Shown one piece after another: positions 9,271-18,373 of a stretch of 39,128 nucleotides of DNA. How positions within the stretch are numbered: position 1 is the first letter of the stretch; the number at the start of each line of letters is the position of its first letter. Under the pieces are notes generated by a model that was not told the origin of the DNA, did not search any database, and worked only from the letters and a program-made list of their open reading frames with translations. The stretch spans positions 1-39,128 of the forward strand of contig QNEM01000003.1 in assembly GCA_003645215.1 (NCBI GenBank). The letters run 5' to 3'. Source of the stretch: Gammaproteobacteria bacterium (GTDB taxonomy: Bacteria; Pseudomonadota; Gammaproteobacteria; Eutrophobiales; Eutrophobiaceae). The position numbers and the translations under genes are program-made.

Positions 9271-11200
9271 CTACACGCTCTTGATTTTAGCACTCTGCTT
9301 ATGCTCACCCAGGTGATGCCGAATAAATTCCAACAAGCCTTCCTTATTCATACCAACATCATTGAGCATGTCATCTCTGGAACCGTGCTGTATTAGTCGA
9401 TCTGGCAAGCCATAATTTACAATTGCCTGTACCACACCATTCTCAGACAAAACCTGGCTCACTGCTTCTCCTGCACCACCTTCAATCACATTATCTTCCA
9501 CTGTGACTATCAAATCATGGGTTGCAGCCATATTCAGGATCAGTTCTTCATCCACAGGTTTGACAAAACGCATATTGACCACAGTTGCGCCAAGTTCATC
9601 ACCCGCTGCCTGTGCAATGTCCAGCACCACCCCAAAAGCAAGGATAGCAACCCGTTTGCCCCGGGATCGTACTTCAGCCTTACCAATTGGCAGAGCAGTC
9701 ATTTCTTTTTCGACCTCAACACCAGGCCCACCACCCCTTGGATATCGTACTGAGGCTGGACCATCAATTTGAACTCCGGTATAGAGCATTTGCCGACATT
9801 CATTTTCGTCTGCGGGCGCCATGATGACCATGTTCGGCAGACAACGCATAAATGAAATATCGTAACAACCATTATGGGTCGGACCATCGGCACCAACGCA
9901 ACCGGCACGATCAATGGCGAATAACACCGGAAGATTCTGTAACGACATCATGAATCAATTGATCATAGGCACGCTGCAGAAATGTGGAATAAATCGCAAC
10001 GACAGGTTTCAGGCCGTCACAGGCCATGCCCGCTGCAAGGGTGACGCTATGCTGTTCCGCAATACCAACATCGAAATAGCGATCAGGAAACTTTTGTTCA
10101 TATTCAACCAGACCAGATCCCTCGCGCATGGCCGGCGTTATTGCAACCACTCGTTTATCCATCGCGCTGATATCGCAAATCCAGTCACCGAATATTTTGC
10201 TATAGGTGGGTGCGGATGGTTTTCCAGATGGCACAATTCCCTTCACAGGATCAAATGCAGTCACACCATGATATTTGATTGGTTCGGCTTCTGCCGGTGC
10301 ATAGCCTTTACCTTTTTTGGTAATAATATGGAGAAATTGAGGCCCCTTTAATTCGTGAATACCTTTCAGGGTTGATATCAGCGTGGGTAGATCATGTCCG
10401 TCAACTGGGCCAATGTAGTTAAAACCAAATTCCTCAAATAAAATGCCCGGGGTCAATAATCCTTTGACATGCTCTTCTGCATACCTGGCGATATCCAGCG
10501 CATTAGGTACTTTGGACAGGACTTTCTTACTCCCGTCTTTAACTGTTTTATAGAGTTTCCCTGAAAGGATCTGGGCAAATCGGTTCGAAAGAGCGCCTAC
10601 GTTTGGCGAGATCGCCATATTATTGTCATTCAATATAACCAGCAGGTCGGCACCCACATCACCTGCATTATTCAGGGCCTCAAAGGCCATACCTGCTGTC
10701 AGGCCACCATCACCAATAATGGCAACTGATCTTCTCTGGCTGCCCGTTTGTCTGGCAGCAATTGCCATACCCAGTGCTGCACTGATCGATGTGCTCGAAT
10801 GTCCAACACCAAAGGCATCATATTCGCTCTCTGCACGCTTGGGGAAAGGCGAGACACCATCCCATTGACGTATGGTGTGCATCTGATCTTTCCGGCCCGT
10901 CAAGATTTTGTGGGGATATGCCTGGTGACCCACATCCCACACCAGATTATCATCAGGGGTGTTGTAGATGTAGTGAAGTGCGATGGTGAGCTCAATTGTG
11001 CCCAGTCCTGCGGCAAAATGACCACCACTTTGACTGACAGAATAAAGCAGGAACTCCCTGAGTTCTTTTGCCAATGTTTCCAGGTCTGATTCTGCTAGCT
11101 TACGCAGGTCTGCCGGGCTATTGACCTTATCCAGTAAGGGTGTACTGATTGTCATAACTGACTTTTGACCTGTTTCTTGATTATTATTTGAACTCATCAC
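9271..11200 (-). pseudogene. dxs: 1-deoxy-D-xylulose-5-phosphate synthase split by a frameshift near 9943 (true pseudogene or sequence error)
   Basis: ORF 9911..11200 has [25 protein letters not shown] and AMREGSG. ORF 9271..9951 continues [19 protein letters not shown]. The junction reads GAT GTC G TTA CAG AAT instead of the expected D-V-A-L-Q-N. Start may be 11155, 11197 or 11200. Confidence 0.9.
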
Positions 11201-11386
11201 AAACTTTTATTAAGGAAAGCCTTGCATTATGTAGTTGCCCCATTTGCCTTGCAAGAACATTATATTGCAAATAGAAACATTATATTTAACTAATAAACAG
11301 GATGCTCGGCCCTTAAGGCCTTCATTTTATGAGCAATTTAGGGCAAAATGATGCGTTGCCAGAAAGAACAATAACCGGAGTCAAGC

Positions 11387-12517
11387 ATGGCCGTTCCACT
11401 CATACAACAATATCGAATCGCAAAATACATAATCGGACAGAAACTTCGTCGCGTGGAGAAGTATCCGCTGGTATTAATGCTTGAGCCTTTATTTCGATGC
11501 AACCTCACTTGTGCTGGATGTGGCAAGATTGATTACCCGGAAGAAATACTGGACAAACGTTTGAGCTATGATGAATGCATGGAAGCCATCGATGAGTGTG
11601 GTTCACCAATGGTATCTATTGCCGGTGGTGAACCCCTGATTCACAAGGAAATGGCCAAAATTGTTCATGGTTTTATTGATAGAAAGAAATTTGTATATTT
11701 ATGTACCAATGCGCTGCTGCTGGAAAAACGCATGGCAGACTATTCCCCGTCACCCTATCTGACTTTTTCAATCCACCTGGATGGCAACGAAATGCGACAC
11801 GACAACTCCGTTTGTCGTGAAGGAGTCTTCAAGAAATGTGTTGAAGTCATCAAACAGGCACGTTCCAGGGGTTTTCGTGTAACCATTAATTGCACGCTGT
11901 TTCAGGGAGAAACTGCCGATGAAATTGCTGAATTCATGGACATGGCGATGGAACTCGGTGTTGAAGGTGTCACCATTTCTCCAGGATACAGTTACCAACA
12001 TGCACCAGACCAGGAATCGTTCCTGAAGAACCAGGAAAGCAAACAACTGTTCCGTGATTTATTCAAACTTGGTAAGGGTTTGAAATGGCGTTTTAACCAG
12101 TCTTCACTTTACCTCGATTTCCTCGCAGGGAACCAGAGTTACCAGTGCACGCCCTGGGGCAACCCGACGAGGAATGTCTTTGGCTGGCAAAAAGCCTGCT
12201 ATCTACTGGTTGACGAAGGCTACACCACCTCATTTAAAAGCATGCTGGCAGAGACTGAATGGGATAATTACGGCAAGGGCCGTAATCCTAAATGTGCCAA
12301 CTGCATGGTACATTGTGGATTTGAAGCATCAGCGATTAACGATACATTCAGGAATCCATTGAAAGCACTGAAAGTTGCTATTCAAGGCCCTAATACTGAA
12401 GGACCCATGGCACCTGAACTACCTGTCCTGTACAAAGATCAACCTGCGGTTGTTGCCGAACATGTCATTCACCAACAACCCACGGCCTCTTGTAGCTCGC
12501 AAAAAGAAATCGCCTAG
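11387..12517 (+). CDS. hpnH: Adenosylhopane-forming radical SAM enzyme HpnH
   Basis: YPLVLMLEPLFRCNLTCAGCGKIDYP (CxxxCxxC), GGEPL, CTPWGNPTRN and CANCMVHCGFE are characteristic of HpnH. Confidence 0.92.
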   Translation: MAVPLIQQYRIAKYIIGQKLRRVEKYPLVLMLEPLFRCNLTCAGCGKIDYPEEILDKRLSYDECMEAIDECGSPMVSIAGGEPLIHKEMAKIVHGFIDRKKFVYLCTNALLLEKRMADYSPSPYLTFSIHLDGNEMRHDNSVCREGVFKKCVEVIKQARSRGFRVTINCTLFQGETADEIAEFMDMAMELGVEGVTISPGYSYQHAPDQESFLKNQESKQLFRDLFKLGKGLKWRFNQSSLYLDFLAGNQSYQCTPWGNPTRNVFGWQKACYLLVDEGYTTSFKSMLAETEWDNYGKGRNPKCANCMVHCGFEASAINDTFRNPLKALKVAIQGPNTEGPMAPELPVLYKDQPAVVAEHVIHQQPTASCSSQKEIA

Positions 12518-12627
12518 AGGCCTAAGCAATGGCCAGTGTGTCATGGAATGGAGCCTGTTGGCCCCCGGCCTGGTCATACTTCAGGCAGCCCCCTATGACA
12601 CATAAACACTTTTCAGAGAGTAATTTT

Positions 12628-13296
12628 ATGGTTTCATTCGAAAACGCGAGAAAATTTTCATATTGGCCTGTTCCATTACTGCAGTTTTTCATGGCCAGCA
12701 TGTTCCTCGTATTGAGTCAGTCAGCATTCACTGAAGAAACGACAGATGATTCATATACTGGAGCTATTGAAGTTGTTGAACAATTGCATACGGTCCTGCT
12801 CAGGGTCATGCAAGCGGGAGACTCCATGGAATTCTCTGAACGTTATTCAATCCTGGATCCCGTAATTACAGAAAGCTTTGACACACCTGTGATTGCCAAA
12901 GTCATTTTAAGCCGATACTGGAAAGATCTAACACCACAACAACAGGAAGATTTCATTCTTCTTTTTAACCAACAGACTGTCGCCACATATGCATCCAGGT
13001 TTGACGGCTTTAATGATGATGTATTCACGACAATCAAAGTTGAACAATTAAAAAAGGGCCGGATTTTAGTGCGGACTGAAATCCGTAGTGGCAATGATAG
13101 CCCGGTTAAACTGGATTATCTGATGCATAAAAATAATGAGCAATGGCTCATTATCAGCGTCATCGCCGATGGGGTGAATGACCTGTCACTCAAACGTGCT
13201 GAGTACTCAACAGTTGTTAAAGAAAATGGATATGAGTACCTTGTCACAAATATTGGAATAAAGATTACAGACATGGAGAGCCAGAAGGAAAAGTAA
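12628..13296 (+). CDS. HpnM/MlaC (Ttg2D)-like periplasmic lipid-binding protein
   Basis: Signal-like hydrophobic N-terminus, then ILSRYWKDLTPQQQEDF...TYASRF and LDYLMH...WLIISVIADGVNDLSLKRAEY. Start uncertain (12595, 12628 or 12691); downstream of hpnH. Confidence 0.8.
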   Translation: MVSFENARKFSYWPVPLLQFFMASMFLVLSQSAFTEETTDDSYTGAIEVVEQLHTVLLRVMQAGDSMEFSERYSILDPVITESFDTPVIAKVILSRYWKDLTPQQQEDFILLFNQQTVATYASRFDGFNDDVFTTIKVEQLKKGRILVRTEIRSGNDSPVKLDYLMHKNNEQWLIISVIADGVNDLSLKRAEYSTVVKENGYEYLVTNIGIKITDMESQKEK

Positions 13297-13376
13297 TTTG
13301 TGAATGTTACGATTATATGTCAACATCACGCGTTCAATTAATGCAGTTGGTCAGGCAAGTTTAACAAACAGAACCA

Positions 13377-14171
13377 GTGAAAAAATCAACTAAAATCAAA
13401 GCATTACCAATAATCTTCGCGCTACTTCTTGTTAGTCTGGCGTCAGGCTGTGCCTCCACCCAAACCAAAGGTATTGAGACCAACAACGACACGCTTGAAC
13501 CCGTGAACAGGGCTTCATTCAGCTTAAATGAAACATTGGATAATTACATAATAAAACCAATTGCAGAGCCCTATGCAAAATATACACCCGAAGTTTACAG
13601 GTCAGGTATTACAAATTTCTTTAATAACCTCTCATACCTGAATGTTGTCCTGCATTCTTTCCTCCAGGGCAAGTTCGGACAGGGCTTCTCCGGGATAACA
13701 CGTTTTGTTGTCAATTCCACGATTGGAATAGGAGGATTAAACGATATAGCGACGCCAATGGGCCTGCCAAAACATAATGAAGATTTTGGGCAAACACTGG
13801 CCACCTGGGGTGTCGGTCAGGGATCATACCTGGTCATACCTTTAAATGGCCCGAATACTGTTCGTAATACGCCCGATATGGTCACCAGCACCCTTTTGAA
13901 TCCGTTCTTTTACATCTCAAGCGCAATACTATGGCCGGTTACAGCTCTTAACCTCATTAACACCAGGGCCAACCTGTTAGAAGCAACCAGTATCCGTGAT
14001 GAAGCCGCCATCGAACCTTACACTTTCACGCGTGAAGCCTATCTTCAACATCGTCAGAATTTGATCTACGACGGTAATCCCCCCCTGGAAGGTTATGACG
14101 AAATCTTTGACGATGACTTTGAAGACGATGGGGATGGCTCCTCTGATAGCGCCACGTTAAGTATTGAATAG
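13377..14171 (+). CDS. VacJ/MlaA-family lipoprotein
   Basis: Lipobox LASGC, EPVNR, RFVVNSTIGIGGL, EDFGQTLATWGVGQGSYLVIP, YTFTREAYLQHR and an acidic tail. Confidence 0.92.
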   Translation: MKKSTKIKALPIIFALLLVSLASGCASTQTKGIETNNDTLEPVNRASFSLNETLDNYIIKPIAEPYAKYTPEVYRSGITNFFNNLSYLNVVLHSFLQGKFGQGFSGITRFVVNSTIGIGGLNDIATPMGLPKHNEDFGQTLATWGVGQGSYLVIPLNGPNTVRNTPDMVTSTLLNPFFYISSAILWPVTALNLINTRANLLEATSIRDEAAIEPYTFTREAYLQHRQNLIYDGNPPLEGYDEIFDDDFEDDGDGSSDSATLSIE

Positions 14172-14185
14172 AAATAACTCTCGAT

Positions 14186-14224
14186 AAACGTCCACTATAG
14201 ACGTCCACTGCATACGTCCGCCGT
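14186..14224. repeat. 13-bp-period tandem repeat, three copies (ACGTCC core)
   Basis: ACGTCC occurs at 14188, 14201 and 14214 (AAACGTCCACTAT / AGACGTCCACTGC / ATACGTCCGCCGT). Confidence 0.65.
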
Positions 14225-14366
14225 CTGTTAGTAACGCAAGCTCTGACTACTCACACTTTCACCTGTCAGGAATTTTCCTGATCCCCCCTGTAACTGAACT
14301 AATTTTTCAGTAACGACTCATAGCTACATAGAATATTTTAATAAAGAGTTTTACTCGTGCAAAAAG

Positions 14367-15593
14367 TCAGGATTGAATGTCCTCCTCTAAAATTTCAATC
14401 CAGTGTTTGACAGGGATTTCGGTTGCCTGCTGTAGATGCAGTTGGCAACCGATATTAGCAGTCAAAATTACATCCGGTTTCACCGCCTCCATTGCACTGA
14501 TTTTTTTTCTTCGTAATTTTTCAGACAGTTCAGTTTGTAACAGTGAATATGTTCCAGCTGAACCACAGCATTGGTTTGCATCTTCAATATCATCTATTTG
14601 ATAGCCGAGTTTTTTCAGCAAAACTTCCGTATCATCTTTTATTTTTTGACCATGCTGTAATGAACAGGGATTCTGAAAAGCATAGCTCTTCGTACTCACC
14701 TTGATTATTTTCCGTAATTTCTCGATCTTTTCAGAGACAATTATTTCTCCAACATCCTTTGCCATCATTGAAACCTGACGTGCTTTGTCTTTATAGTCAA
14801 TATCATTCCTTAAAATATAACCATAGTCCTTTATCATGGCGCCACAGCCACTGGCTGAAATGACAATGGCCTCAATCCCTTCCTCAATGTATGGCCACCA
14901 GGCATCAATATTGTTTTTTATAAATGACAAGCCACTATCATCAACGGCCATATGATGATTGATAGCACCACAACATACTTCACCATGACTGCTTATTGTT
15001 TCAATTCCAAGCTTGTCTAATAAGTTCGTTGTTGCACAATTTGTTTCAGGTGAGAGTGATGGTTGTACGCAGCCTGAAAATAAAATCATTTTGCGTTGAT
15101 AACTGGCTGATTCTGTTTTTCTGATACGCTTGTTTTCAGGAACCATCTGACGATACTTGCCTGGCAATATAATCCTGACTCCTCTTCCCAACCTGAGAAA
15201 AAAGGAAAACCTCCCCGGATAAGGCAGGATGTTTCTGATTAAATAGCGATAGACTCGTTGAATGGGAGTTCGCCTGACTTTTTTGTTAATCAGCTGTCTA
15301 CCAATATCCAGAAGATGTCCATATTCAACACCCGATGGACAGCTGGTTTCGCAAGCAAGACAGGTGAGACATCTATCAAGATGTATTTGAGTTTTATCAC
15401 TGGCTTCACTTCCTTCCAGCAAACCCTTGATCAGATAAATCCTGCCTCTGGGTCCGTCCAGTTCATCTCCCAGTAATCTGTAAGTTGGACAGGTCGCAGT
15501 ACAAAAACCACAATGCACACAACTCCGCAGTATTCTTTCTGCTTCAACACCTTCGGTTGTTGTCTTTATTGCTTTATCAATATTCGTTTGCAT
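14367..15593 (-). CDS. glcF: Glycolate oxidase iron-sulfur subunit
   Basis: CVHCGFCTATCPTY..ELDGPRGRIYL, CLTCLACETSCPSGV and two CCG domains. Confidence 0.93.
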   Translation of the reverse strand: MQTNIDKAIKTTTEGVEAERILRSCVHCGFCTATCPTYRLLGDELDGPRGRIYLIKGLLEGSEASDKTQIHLDRCLTCLACETSCPSGVEYGHLLDIGRQLINKKVRRTPIQRVYRYLIRNILPYPGRFSFFLRLGRGVRIILPGKYRQMVPENKRIRKTESASYQRKMILFSGCVQPSLSPETNCATTNLLDKLGIETISSHGEVCCGAINHHMAVDDSGLSFIKNNIDAWWPYIEEGIEAIVISASGCGAMIKDYGYILRNDIDYKDKARQVSMMAKDVGEIIVSEKIEKLRKIIKVSTKSYAFQNPCSLQHGQKIKDDTEVLLKKLGYQIDDIEDANQCCGSAGTYSLLQTELSEKLRRKKISAMEAVKPDVILTANIGCQLHLQQATEIPVKHWIEILEEDIQS

Positions 15594-15600
15594 ATAAAAT

Positions 15601-16677
15601 CTAGAATTTCTTGTAAAGTCGACCCCGATTCAGAATTCTCTTCGGGTCAAAGGCATTTTTCAAGGCAACATGCAGATGTTCTATGCCTGTAGATAATGGC
15701 TGAAAAATTTCACCATCCCGATCTCCTCCTCGAAACAATGTGGCATGACCACCAGCTTTACCTGCAACATTACGTATTTGTTCCAGGGGCTCTGATGTTA
15801 TTAACCAGCGTTGTGCCCCACCCCACTCAATAAGCCATTGGCCTTGAAGATTTATTTCTTCTGTTGTCGAAGGAACCGAGAGTCGCCATAGATTTCTGGA
15901 ATCCGAGGAAAAATCATCCGCAAAATAATTATCTTTATGCTCTCGCAATGACTGCCAGTAGTTCTCTCCATCAGGGTACTCTGATAGAGGAAACTGGCTG
16001 GCTGCAGCAAGTACAGCACTTTTATGTCCGGACAGGCGAATATAAATATTGCCGTCATGAAAACTTGTAGCAGAGACTGGAACAGACTGTCCCGCCCATT
16101 TGTTCATAAGTTGAATTGCTGTAGCAAGATCTGATTCACCCTTAAGTGTGAGCTCATATTCCGGTTCTGGTAACACTTTCAATGAAACTTCCAGTAACAC
16201 GCCTAGTGTCCCCATCGCTCCTGTCATCAGCCTTGATACGTCATAGCCGGCGACATTCTTCATTACCTGACCACCAAAATTTAGTATTTCAGCCTTACCA
16301 TTCAGGCACTTGAGACCAAGCACAAAATCCCTTACAGCACCTACATAAGGGCGGCGTGGACCAGATAATCCACAGGCAACCATCCCGCCTGCAGTCGCAT
16401 TTGTGGCAAAACATGGAGGTTCGAATGCCAGCATCTGCTTTTCCTTGGCCAGAACTTCGTTAATTTCTGAAATCGTGGTGCCAGCCCGGACTGTGATGAC
16501 TAACTCGGTAGGTTCATAAGATATAACACCTGCATTTGCCGAGACATCAAGTATTTCACCTTTTATTTTGCGGCCATAAAATGCCTTGGACCCACCACCT
16601 TGTATGCATAGAGGTGTCTCTGCTACATAAGCATCCTGTATATGTTGCTGGTATTGTTGAACTAATTCCCCGGTCAA
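15601..16677 (-). CDS. glcE: Glycolate oxidase FAD-binding subunit GlcE
   Basis: YEPTELVITVRAGT, GLSGPRRP, FGGQVMKNVAGYDVSRL, IEWGGAQRW and FDPKRILN. TTG start. Confidence 0.93.
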   Translation of the reverse strand: MTGELVQQYQQHIQDAYVAETPLCIQGGGSKAFYGRKIKGEILDVSANAGVISYEPTELVITVRAGTTISEINEVLAKEKQMLAFEPPCFATNATAGGMVACGLSGPRRPYVGAVRDFVLGLKCLNGKAEILNFGGQVMKNVAGYDVSRLMTGAMGTLGVLLEVSLKVLPEPEYELTLKGESDLATAIQLMNKWAGQSVPVSATSFHDGNIYIRLSGHKSAVLAAASQFPLSEYPDGENYWQSLREHKDNYFADDFSSDSRNLWRLSVPSTTEEINLQGQWLIEWGGAQRWLITSEPLEQIRNVAGKAGGHATLFRGGDRDGEIFQPLSTGIEHLHVALKNAFDPKRILNRGRLYKKF

Positions 16678-16690
16678 AATCTTTTCCTAG

Positions 16691-18139
16691 TCAAAATCTT
16701 TCCAGGTCCGCATGAGGAAGTTTGCCCTGATGAACATGCATTGCTCCAAATTCTGCACATCTGTGCAGGGTGGGGATGGCCTTTCCTGGATTAAGTAGTC
16801 CTTTCGGATCAAAGGCGCTTTTTATGGCGTGGAACTGTAAAAGTTCTTCGGTATTAAACTGCACACACATCTGGTTGATTTTCTCGACACCGACGCCATG
16901 TTCACCAGTGATGGTACCGCCGACTTCTACACAGATCTCCAGTATTTTTCCACCTAGCTCTTCGGCTCGTTCCTGCTCACCTTCAATACTGACATCATAC
17001 AAAATAAGCGGATGTAAATTTCCATCGCCTGCGTGAAAAACATTCACAACACCCAGATGATATTGTTCGGCTAAATCATTAATCATGTTTAACACACTGC
17101 CGATGTGTTTTCTTGGAATTGTGCCGTCCATACAATAATAGTCAGAAGCAATACGACCCACGGCAGGAAATGCTGACTTGCGCCCTGCCCAGAATATTTC
17201 ACCTTCAGCTTTATCTCTGGCAACTCGCACCTCACTGGCACCGGCAGCCTTCAATATAGCTTCTACCTTACGGCACTCTGAATCGACTTCTTCTGCTGCA
17301 CCATCAATCTCACAAATTAATATTGCTGCTGCATCCACCGGGTAACCAGCATGCAGATAATCCTCCACCGCCCGAATACATGCATTATCCATCATCTCCA
17401 GACCAGCAGGAATGATTCCTGAAGCAATTATCCCGGCGACACTGTCTCCAGCTGCTTCTACTTCATCAAATGCTGCAAGCAGTACTTTGTTGCAGAGTGG
17501 TTTACTTAATAACTTAAGCGTAACTTCCACTATCACTCCTAACATACCTTCAGAGCCTGTAATCAGTGCCAGTAAATCATATCCAGCCGAGTCTAATGAT
17601 TCGGCACCTATCTCAACCAGTTCGCCGGTGACAGTAATTAATTTAACCGCCATGATATTATGTACCGTTAAACCATATTTTAAGCAGTGAACACCCCCTG
17701 AGTTTTCCGCGACATTACCGCCGATGGTGCATGCAATTTGAGAAGAGGGATCGGGTGCATAGAATAAATCGTATTTTTCTGCTGCTTCCGAGACACAAAT
17801 ATTTCGGACACCTGGCTGGACTCGAGCCGTCCTTTGGTGAGGATCCACCTCGATAATTTCATTAAATCTAGCCAGGCTCAGCAACAGCCCATCGGCAACA
17901 GGCATAGCCCCACCAGAAAGCCCTGTACCAGCACCCCTGGCAACGACGGGAACATTTTCCTGATAACAAAGCTGCATTATTGCCTGTACTTGCTCCACGT
18001 TTTCAGGCAAAACAACGCATAGAGGCAATTGTCGATACGCTGAGAGGGCATCGCATTCATACGCTCGCAACAATTCCTCATCAGAGATGATTAATTCTTT
18101 GGCTATTTGTGTCTTTAATTTATCTACAAACAATGACAT
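16691..18139 (-). CDS. glcD: Glycolate oxidase FAD-linked subunit GlcD
   Basis: RGAGTGLSGG, YAPDPSSQIACTIGGNVAENSGGVHCLKYG, HAGDGNLHP and GEHGVG. Confidence 0.95.
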   Translation of the reverse strand: MSLFVDKLKTQIAKELIISDEELLRAYECDALSAYRQLPLCVVLPENVEQVQAIMQLCYQENVPVVARGAGTGLSGGAMPVADGLLLSLARFNEIIEVDPHQRTARVQPGVRNICVSEAAEKYDLFYAPDPSSQIACTIGGNVAENSGGVHCLKYGLTVHNIMAVKLITVTGELVEIGAESLDSAGYDLLALITGSEGMLGVIVEVTLKLLSKPLCNKVLLAAFDEVEAAGDSVAGIIASGIIPAGLEMMDNACIRAVEDYLHAGYPVDAAAILICEIDGAAEEVDSECRKVEAILKAAGASEVRVARDKAEGEIFWAGRKSAFPAVGRIASDYYCMDGTIPRKHIGSVLNMINDLAEQYHLGVVNVFHAGDGNLHPLILYDVSIEGEQERAEELGGKILEICVEVGGTITGEHGVGVEKINQMCVQFNTEELLQFHAIKSAFDPKGLLNPGKAIPTLHRCAEFGAMHVHQGKLPHADLERF

Positions 18140-18373
18140 GTACCCAAACTACTTGGAAATGCAGGTTTCAGCAAGACGAGAAATAGCCCAATTCTGAAGA
18201 TTTTCCGCATGGACCGTCAATACTGCCAGCTGGGACTTTTTCATAAACTATTTAATAGTATTTCCTGCCCCCACGTTTTTTATCATGTGATTGATTTATC
18301 AGTTATAATTTCCGCTTATAACTACCGATTAGCTGATTTTCCCGAACTGGATTAAGAAGTATCACAAGACGAG

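Noticed and set aside
9271-9951. Independent transketolase C-terminal gene or programmed frameshift
   Set aside because: It is the exact continuation of dxs. The break falls mid-domain and I see no slippery site.
12529-14171. Canonical mlaFEDCB/mlaA system
   Set aside because: No mlaF, mlaE, mlaD or mlaB here; the hpnH context favours hopanoid-associated paralogs.
5231-14224. Short tandem repeats at 5231 and 14186 as CRISPR remnants
   Set aside because: Contiguous 13-bp units with no spacers and no cas genes.
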